The notes under the pieces: model-generated
Told to the model about the DNA's origin: nothing
What the model saw: the letters and a program-made list of their open reading frames with translations, nothing else
Database searches by the model: none
Translations under genes and position numbers: made by a program
Shown here: piece after piece, positions 1 through 6,438 of the stretch
How positions within the stretch are numbered: position 1 is the first letter of the stretch
How the letters are laid out: every line of letters begins with the position of its first letter
Source of the DNA: Candidatus Eiseniibacteriota bacterium
GTDB taxonomy: Bacteria; ARS69
Assembly (NCBI GenBank): GCA_052390515.1
Contig: JBQTGV010000052.1
Span: 1 to 10,151 of the forward strand
Direction: 5' to 3'
DNA length: 10,151 nucleotides

Positions 1-108
1 TCGGCATCCGTGCCTCGCTCGCTTCGTGGCCGCCGGACTCCGCCGTCCGTGGCTCCGGCTGCGGCGGCTACGACGCTCGGCCATCGTCGACACGTCTCTC
101 GAAGGCCG

Positions 109-2151
109 TTAGTTCACCTCGAGCCCCAGATCCCGGAGGAACGCCTTGTTGTTCGGCTCCCGCCCGAGGAAGTTGCGCAGCAGGTCCTGTCCGTCCAGCG
201 ACCCGCCCTTCTCATAGATCTCGCGGCGGTAGCGCATCCCGACTTCGGGGTTCAGGATGCCGTTCTCCTCGAACGCCGTGTACATGTCGTCGCCGTACAC
301 CTTGGACCAGAGATAACCGTAGTACGCGGCGTCGTATCCGAACAGGTGACCGAAGCCGGCGTGCATGTGCGTGCCCTCGAGGTTCGGGAAGCCGCAGATC
401 GGGTGCAGCTCGTTCATGATCGCGGTGGTGTTCTTCACTGCTCCCGGAGCGTGGTAGGCCATGTCGAGCGACGCGTAGAACGCCTGCCGGAGCCACTTGA
501 TGCCGGAATTGAGGTTCTTCGCCGCGACCATGCCTTCCAGCATGGAGCGAGGCATCTTCTCGCCGGTCTGGTAGTGCGCGGCGAAGCGGTCCAGCACCTC
601 CGCCTCCCAGATCCAGTGCTCGAGATTCTGCGAGGGCGCCTCCACGAAATCCTGCTCCGTGGCGGATCCGGCGAAGCGCGGCAGCTCCGCACGGGTGAGC
701 GTCTGGTGGAGGATGTGCCCGAACTCGTGGAACATCGTCTCCACCTCGTCGTGCGTGAGCAAGGACGGCGTGTCCGCGCTCGGCTTGGTCACGTTCGCGA
801 CGATGGCGGAGACCGGCGTCTGCCGCTTCCCGTCCAGCATGCCTCCCGAGCGGAGCGGGAACGCCGCCGCGTGGCCGTACTTGCCCTCGCGCGGGAAGAG
901 GTCGGTGTAGAAGTGCGCGATGAACTCGCCCGTATCCCTGTCGTAGATCTCGAAGAGCTGCACGTCCTCGTGCCACGCCGCGGGGTTCTCCACCTCCACG
1001 TAGCGCAGTCCGAACATCTCCTGGGTGATGTCGAACATGCCGTCGAGCACGCGCTCCAGCGGGAAGTACTTGGACACCTCGTTCTGGTCCACCTGGTACT
1101 GGTCACGCAGCTGGGCGTTGTTGTAGTAGCGCCAGTCCCAGTAGTTCACGCCGTCGGGATCGTTCTTCGCGTAGGTCGATTCCATCGCCTGGATGTCGGC
1201 GCGAAGCTTGTCCTGGATGCGCGAGCGCAGATCGGTGAGGAACGCGTTCACGTTCTCCGGGCTCTCCGCCATGCGCACTTCCAGGCGGTAGTGCGCCCAG
1301 GACTCGTAGCCGAGGAGCGTGGCGATCTCGTGGCGCACCGCGATCGCCTCCTCCAGCAGCGAGATGTTCCCGGGGTACCCCTCGTTCCAGAAACGGTGCG
1401 TCAGCTCCTTGCGGAGGGCGGCGTCGTCCGCGGTGTCGAAGAAGGGGAAGGCATCGGGATAGTCGAGGCTCACCCAGTAGTTCCCGTTCTCCTTCTTGGT
1501 GAGCCGCGCGAGGTACTCGGGCGCGAGCCCTCCAGCCCGGTCGGGCGGAACCTCGATTCCGTCCTCCCACTCCGCGATGGTCTTCTCGTACTCCAGGCCG
1601 AGCTCCACCAGCCGCTCGCGGAGCGCCTGCACCTTCTCGCGCACCTTCGCGTCCTTGCCGAAGCCGTTCCGCCGGAAGTCACGGAGTGCGAACTCGAGGG
1701 ATCGTGCCCGCTCGCCGTCGAGCTGCTTCGCCTCGGCCGTCCGCGAGTAGGCGTGGACCGCGCCGTACACGTCGTCGCGGAAGCCCAGCGCCACGTGGTA
1801 CTTCTCCATGGCCTCCTCTCGTCCGCGGGCCACTTCGCGGACGTGCTCGTCGGTGGAGACGTAGCCGAAGAACGCGTACTTGCCGAACGCCTGCCCCATG
1901 AGGTTGCCCAGGCGCTCGAGCGGCATCAACGTGTTGTCGAAGGTCCGCTGATCGTCCGGGACGGAGACGACCTCGGCCACGATCTCGTCGGCGGCCGCGA
2001 CCGCCTTCTCACACTCCGCCTCGATCATCTCCGCAGTCACCGTGCGGTAGTCGATGAGCGGGGCCTCTCGCGAGGCGGAGGCGGGGAGCACGCCCACGAG
2101 GGCGGTCAGGGCAGCGGCGAGGAGGGTCGGGCGAAGGTCCGGGATTCTCAC
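109..2151 (-). CDS. M3A family zinc metallo-oligopeptidase (thimet oligopeptidase/neurolysin-like) with predicted Sec signal peptide, 680 aa
   Basis: Zinc motif HEFGH (715-729) in VETMFHEFGHILHQ. Third-ligand motif DFVEAPSQNLEHW. Also DLFPREGKYGHAAAF and FGHLFGYDAAYYGYLWSKVY. Start moved from the ORF-track 2256 to GTG at 2151, which has AGAAGGA just upstream and is followed by a signal-like N-terminus (MRIPDLRPTLLAAALTALVGVLPASA). Stop TAA at 109-111. Confidence 0.93.
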   Translation of the reverse strand: MRIPDLRPTLLAAALTALVGVLPASASREAPLIDYRTVTAEMIEAECEKAVAAADEIVAEVVSVPDDQRTFDNTLMPLERLGNLMGQAFGKYAFFGYVSTDEHVREVARGREEAMEKYHVALGFRDDVYGAVHAYSRTAEAKQLDGERARSLEFALRDFRRNGFGKDAKVREKVQALRERLVELGLEYEKTIAEWEDGIEVPPDRAGGLAPEYLARLTKKENGNYWVSLDYPDAFPFFDTADDAALRKELTHRFWNEGYPGNISLLEEAIAVRHEIATLLGYESWAHYRLEVRMAESPENVNAFLTDLRSRIQDKLRADIQAMESTYAKNDPDGVNYWDWRYYNNAQLRDQYQVDQNEVSKYFPLERVLDGMFDITQEMFGLRYVEVENPAAWHEDVQLFEIYDRDTGEFIAHFYTDLFPREGKYGHAAAFPLRSGGMLDGKRQTPVSAIVANVTKPSADTPSLLTHDEVETMFHEFGHILHQTLTRAELPRFAGSATEQDFVEAPSQNLEHWIWEAEVLDRFAAHYQTGEKMPRSMLEGMVAAKNLNSGIKWLRQAFYASLDMAYHAPGAVKNTTAIMNELHPICGFPNLEGTHMHAGFGHLFGYDAAYYGYLWSKVYGDDMYTAFEENGILNPEVGMRYRREIYEKGGSLDGQDLLRNFLGREPNNKAFLRDLGLEVN

Positions 2152-2200
2152 GGGGTATTCCTTCTGACTCGAGGTTTCCGACGGAAGTGCGAAACGGGAA

Positions 2201-2229
2201 ACTATGCCAGAGCCTCGAACCCGGAGCAA
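2201..2229 (-). promoter_or_regulatory. Putative sigma70-type promoter for the M3 peptidase gene
   Basis: Minus strand reads TTGCTC (2229-2224), a 17-nt spacer, then CATAGT (2206-2201) preceded by TG-n (extended -10). It lies about 50 nt upstream of the GTG at 2151. Confidence 0.45.
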
Positions 2230-2313
2230 CGGGCGGAGGTTTCCGGGCAGTGTCAATAGTTTGAAGGTAGCGCCCGGCTCTCCGGAGGCTCCGGCCCGAG
2301 CGAACCCCGCGGC

Positions 2314-3081
2314 TCAGCGGTCCTCGGCGGAGATCCCCTCCTCGCCGAGGCCCCACTCCCGGCCCCGAATGGTCACGGCGGCACCGGGCACGAAGTACAG
2401 CGAGAGGAGCGCCACGTAAAAAGCGAGGACCACCCCGACGATGGCCTGCCAGGGCAGGATCCCGGCGTCGAGGCGCTGGCAGGCCAGGCCCAGGGAATGG
2501 GTCGGCGTGGGGTGGGTGAAGATCTTGAGGATCCAGGCCGTGTTCAGGATGAGGAACAGGATGAGGTAGTTGGCGCGCAGCCGGCTGTGCATCGCGTGCC
2601 AGCGGCTCATCTTGAACCTCGGCTGGGCGAGGTCGTGCGCGACCGCGTCCCCCCACCACGGATCCGGCGACACCAGCCGTCGCGTCAGGATCGGGTTGTA
2701 GAAGTTCTCCTCGATCTTGCGCACGCGCGCGCGCCACACGTCGAAGATGCGGTAGCGACGCGACTCGATCCACAGGAACGCGAATACGATTCCCTGGCCG
2801 AGCAGCAGGATGAGCGGGCTCGATTCGGGGTGACCGAACGAGAACGTCAGCAGACCGCCCGCGGCGATGATCGACCAGTTCGTGGTGTTGTCCAGGCGCA
2901 GCCGCCACTGCGTCGCGCGGTACATCTCGCCGCGGTAGAAGTGCACCATCGCCGCGATGTACTCGCTGCGCACCAGGTGCGTGCCCTCGAGGTCCACACG
3001 CGCGGGCGGCGTGTCCTCCGGGAGCGGGATCTCGCCCTTGCGCCCGATCGGTCCGATCTCGTGATCCGAGCTTCGCGCCAT
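2314..3081 (-). CDS. DUF2270 family integral membrane protein, 255 aa
   Basis: Signature HFYRGEMYRATQWRLRLDNTTNW and ESRRYRIFDVWRARVRKIEENF match my recollection of DUF2270. About four hydrophobic segments. ATG at 3081 is preceded by GGAGGGG; an alternative GTG start lies at 3114. Confidence 0.85.
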   Translation of the reverse strand: MARSSDHEIGPIGRKGEIPLPEDTPPARVDLEGTHLVRSEYIAAMVHFYRGEMYRATQWRLRLDNTTNWSIIAAGGLLTFSFGHPESSPLILLLGQGIVFAFLWIESRRYRIFDVWRARVRKIEENFYNPILTRRLVSPDPWWGDAVAHDLAQPRFKMSRWHAMHSRLRANYLILFLILNTAWILKIFTHPTPTHSLGLACQRLDAGILPWQAIVGVVLAFYVALLSLYFVPGAAVTIRGREWGLGEEGISAEDR

Positions 3082-3130
3082 CGGTTCCCCTCCGGGGAGG
3101 GTCCGGAGTACCACCGAGGGAGGGCCGGGG

Positions 3131-4294
3131 TCAACGACCGGCCGAGACCGTCTCGTACACGCGCTCGATCCCGTCGACCATGACCTCGACGTCCCACCGG
3201 CCCTCGACGCGCCGGCGGGCGCGGGCGCCCACGGTGGAGCGGAGCTCAGCGCTGGCCACCAGCGGCCGCAGCCGCTCGACGAGTGCCTCCGTGTCGCGCA
3301 GCGGGACGACCCAGCCGGAGACGCCGTCCTCCACGACTTCGCGGGATCCTTCCACGGCGAAGGTCACCACGGGCCTTTCCAGCAGCGCGTACTGCACCAG
3401 CACGCGCGGCAGGCCCTCCCAGAGTGACGTCAGCACGGCGACGTCGAAGGCGGCGATGACTCGGGCGACGTCGCTGCGATAGCCGGCGAAGACCACGCGC
3501 TCGCCGATGCCGAGATCGTGCGCCGCGCGCTGCAGCCGCTCGCGCTCTCCGCCCTCGCCGACCACGAGCGCGCGCAGATCCGGGAAGTCGGGAGCGAGTC
3601 GGGCGACGGACTCGAGGAAGTACGTCCAGCCCTTGCGAGGCTCCAGCCGGGAGACCATGCCCACCACGACGTGGCGATCCTCGAGACCGAGCTCCTCGCG
3701 GACGGGGACGCGCACGGAGCGGGCGCCGGCGCGGGCGTCCTCGAACGCGCGCGTGTCCATTCCGCTGGGGATGGTCACGTACTGCTCCCGCCGGCCGATC
3801 GAGGCTTCCAGGTATCGCGCTCTGACGTCGTCGCCGACGGTGATGAGCACGTCGCAGCAGCGCGCGGCGATACGTTCCAGGAGGACGTACAGGTGCCGGG
3901 CCAACGGATGCACGTGGTCGGGGAAGGTGACCCCGTGCAGCGTGTGCACGACGCACGGCACCCCTGCCATCCTCGCCGCGATGCGCCCCAGGAACCCGGC
4001 CTTCGCCGTGTGCGTGTGGACGATGTGGTAGCGGCCGCGGCGCATCAGCCGCCACAGCTTGAACAGAGCGACGACGTCCCGGAAGGGATGCGGGTCGCGG
4101 ACGAGCTCCGGCAGGACCTGCGTGCGGCGCCGGATCTCCTCGGCGAAGCCCTCCACTTCGGACCCGGCCCCGGCGACGAGCGAGCTCTCGTAGCGGTCGG
4201 GATCGACGCCCTCGACGGTGAAGACGGTGTTTTCGTCCGCTCCGCCGCGGATCAGGCGGGTGATGACGTGGAGCACACGGACCTTCCCGGACAT
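3131..4294 (-). CDS. Glycosyltransferase family 4 (GT-B fold), 387 aa
   Basis: This is the C-terminal part of the 3131..6106 ORF. It begins MSGKVRVLHVITRLIRGGADENT and has IVHTHTAKAGFLGR, VVGMVSRLEPRKG and DVAVLTSLWEGLPRVLVQ (E-X7-Q variant of E-X7-E). The ATG (4294-4292) overlaps the asnB stop (TGATG). Confidence 0.92.
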   Translation of the reverse strand: MSGKVRVLHVITRLIRGGADENTVFTVEGVDPDRYESSLVAGAGSEVEGFAEEIRRRTQVLPELVRDPHPFRDVVALFKLWRLMRRGRYHIVHTHTAKAGFLGRIAARMAGVPCVVHTLHGVTFPDHVHPLARHLYVLLERIAARCCDVLITVGDDVRARYLEASIGRREQYVTIPSGMDTRAFEDARAGARSVRVPVREELGLEDRHVVVGMVSRLEPRKGWTYFLESVARLAPDFPDLRALVVGEGGERERLQRAAHDLGIGERVVFAGYRSDVARVIAAFDVAVLTSLWEGLPRVLVQYALLERPVVTFAVEGSREVVEDGVSGWVVPLRDTEALVERLRPLVASAELRSTVGARARRRVEGRWDVEVMVDGIERVYETVSAGR

Positions 4295-6231
4295 CAGCCG
4301 ACCCCGACCGATTCGGAGGCGGGGGCCGAACCGGAGGAGCCGGCCGAGGCGCCGCTGCGGACGCGCGCGTCCCACCAGCGCAGCGTGAACGCCGCCCACA
4401 GGACCTTCGTGCGATCGGCGCGCCCGCGGCGATGCTCGTCGTACCAGCGTTGCAGCAAGGGGACATCGAGCGGAATGCTCCCCGGCGAGGAGATCGTGTC
4501 CAGGAACATCTCGCGGAGGTCGGACTTGAGCCATTCGCCCACGGGTACGTCGAAGCCGGCCTTCGGCCGCCTCAGGATGGCCGCGGGCAGGAGGTCCCGC
4601 GCCGCGTCCTTGAGGATCCGCTTCCGCCGCCGCCCGGACATCTTCCATTCGCCGGGCATGGACATGGCCAGCTCGACGATGCGGTAGTCGAGGAACGGCT
4701 CGCGGACCTCCAGGGAGTTGAGCATGGAGGCTAGGTCCACCTTGAGCAGCATGTCCGTGGGTAGCGCGAGGCGGAGGTCGGTGAACAGCATCCGGTTGAC
4801 GGGGTCGGCGAGTCCGCGCGCGTCGTAGTCGGCGAACTGCTCGCGCACCGCGTCGAGCCCGGGGTTCGAGGCGTGCCCCTCGCCGAGCAGACGGCTCACG
4901 TCCTCCACGGGGGCGAACCGCATCCAGCGCTCGTGGCGCTCCGCCGGATCGGTGGAGAGCCCGTCGACGAAGCGCCGCGCCTTCCGCCCGAGCTCTCCGG
5001 CCCGCGTCGCGCGGGAGGCGGGGAGCGCGCGGATGGCGGGATCCAGGACGCCGTGCCGGAGTGCCTCGGGGATGCGGCCGTACCAGTCTCCGTACACTTC
5101 GCCCAGGTACTTGTCGTAGCCGCCGAACAGCTCGTCCGCGCCGTCGCCGGAGAGCGCCACGGTCATGCGCTTCCGCGTCTCGCGGGAGACGGCCCAGGTC
5201 GGCAGCAGCGACGAGCCGCCGAACGGCTCGGGCAGCGCGTCCAGGATGCGCGGGATGGCGTCGCGCAGGTCGGAGACGGCGAGCTGCGTCTCGGCGTGCT
5301 TGGTGCGGTGGTGTGCGGCCGCTTCCCGCGCGTACCGCGTCTCGTCGAACACCGCGGCACCGGAGAACCCGATGGAGAAGGTATGCACGTCGCCGCCGCG
5401 CTGGGCCATCAAGCCGGCGATCGTCGTCGAGTCCACGCCGCCCGAGAGGAAGGCGCCCAGAGGGACGTCGGCCGCGAGGCGCAGCCGCACCGAGTCCTCC
5501 AGCAGGGCGCGCAGGCGCCGCGTGCCCTCCTCGTAGCTCGACGGAGCCACGACGTTGGTGCGCAGCGGATGCCAGTACTCGCGCAGCTGGACCGACCCGT
5601 CCTGCCAGGTGAGGAGGTGCCCGGGCGGGAGCCGGCGGATGCCCAGCCGGAGCGTGCGCGGCGCCGGCACCGCGCCCCAGGAGAGGTAGTGCTTGACCGC
5701 GACCGGATCGATGCGGTCGTCGATCCCCGGCACCTCCAACAGGCTCCCCGCCTCCGAGGCGAAGGCGAGGCCGTCGGGCGTCGGCGCCCACAGCAGCGGC
5801 TTCACGCCGAGCCGGTCGCGGGCCAGCAGGAGGAGACGGGCGCGCTGGTCCCAGATCGCGAACGCGAACATCCCGTTCAGGTCGTGGACGAGGTCGGCGC
5901 CCTTCTCCTCGTACAGGTGCACGAGGACCTCGGTGTCCGAGGACGTCTGGAAGCGGTGTCCGCGTGCGGTCAGCCGTTCGCGCAGGTCCCGGTGATTGTA
6001 GATCTCGCCGTTGAACACGACGTGGACGCTGCCGTGCTCGTTGCTCTGCGGCTGTGAACCGGTGACGAGATCGAGAATGCGCAGCCTGCGGAACGCGAGC
6101 CCGCATCCTGCGCGCGCGAGGTAGCCGTCCTCATCCGGGCCGCGGTGGCGCATCCGATCGGCCATGCGCACGAGCATCGACCGATCCGGCCATTGCCCGT
6201 TCCGGTCCACGACGCCGGCGATTCCGCACAC
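4294..6231 (-). CDS. asnB: Asparagine synthase (glutamine-hydrolyzing)-family class II amidotransferase, 645 aa; probably a glycan amidotransferase
   Basis: GTG start at 6231 gives M-CGIAG, placing the catalytic Cys at the N-terminus. Motifs HRGPD, FNGEIYN, SDTEV, GMFAFAIWD, RDRLGVKPL, FLSGGVDS, ALSGDGADELFGGY, SLEVREPFLD. AAGGGAG/GGAG lies upstream. The ORF-track extension to 6987 is spurious. Confidence 0.95.
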   Translation of the reverse strand: MCGIAGVVDRNGQWPDRSMLVRMADRMRHRGPDEDGYLARAGCGLAFRRLRILDLVTGSQPQSNEHGSVHVVFNGEIYNHRDLRERLTARGHRFQTSSDTEVLVHLYEEKGADLVHDLNGMFAFAIWDQRARLLLLARDRLGVKPLLWAPTPDGLAFASEAGSLLEVPGIDDRIDPVAVKHYLSWGAVPAPRTLRLGIRRLPPGHLLTWQDGSVQLREYWHPLRTNVVAPSSYEEGTRRLRALLEDSVRLRLAADVPLGAFLSGGVDSTTIAGLMAQRGGDVHTFSIGFSGAAVFDETRYAREAAAHHRTKHAETQLAVSDLRDAIPRILDALPEPFGGSSLLPTWAVSRETRKRMTVALSGDGADELFGGYDKYLGEVYGDWYGRIPEALRHGVLDPAIRALPASRATRAGELGRKARRFVDGLSTDPAERHERWMRFAPVEDVSRLLGEGHASNPGLDAVREQFADYDARGLADPVNRMLFTDLRLALPTDMLLKVDLASMLNSLEVREPFLDYRIVELAMSMPGEWKMSGRRRKRILKDAARDLLPAAILRRPKAGFDVPVGEWLKSDLREMFLDTISSPGSIPLDVPLLQRWYDEHRRGRADRTKVLWAAFTLRWWDARVRSGASAGSSGSAPASESVGVG

Positions 6232-6405
6232 GCTCCGCAACTCCCTTGGACCTGGCCTGGAGCCCGCCGCTCCGGCATCCGTCCCGGGTTTCGAACGATC
6301 GGGGCCTCGGCTTGAGGAGGCGGCCCAGAAGCCCGCGGCAGGGCCTTCGCCCTTCAGCCCCCCGCCGCGGGCACCGATGAGAACGAAGGCGGCGGCACCG
6401 GGGGT

Positions 6406-6425
6406 GCGGCGGAGCTGTCCGCCGC
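6406..6425. repeat. Perfect inverted repeat GCGGCGGA-GCTG-TCCGCCGC immediately 5' of the fcl ribosome-binding site
   Basis: 8-bp stem and 4-nt loop read directly from the sequence. SD-like AAGGGGGAG follows at 6428-6436. Confidence 0.6.
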
Positions 6426-6438
6426 CGAAGGGGGAGAA

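Noticed and set aside
225..232. GGCGGTAG ops-like sequence
   Set aside because: It lies inside and antisense to the peptidase gene, far from the glycan operon leader.
2251..2256. Perfect TTGACA on the minus strand as the peptidase -35, or its TTG as the start codon
   Set aside because: No -10-like hexamer lies 16-18 nt downstream. As a start it lacks an SD and would bury the signal peptide behind 35 extra residues.
10..2259. 749-aa plus-strand ORF antisense to the M3 peptidase
   Set aside because: It is a codon-aligned antisense shadow typical of high-GC genes. It is rich in V/H/L/R, has no recognisable motifs and no RBS.
3131..6106. 991-aa ORF that could be read as a large fusion glycosyltransferase
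   Set aside because: The first ~600 residues are Arg/Pro/Ala-rich off-frame translation of asnB. The real GT starts at the ATG at 4294.
4294..6231. AsnB plus peptidase as a lasso-peptide/RiPP system
   Set aside because: The AsnB has an intact glutaminase domain and is coupled to a glycosyltransferase. No precursor peptide, RRE or transglutaminase-like B protein is present, and the M3 gene seems to have its own promoter.
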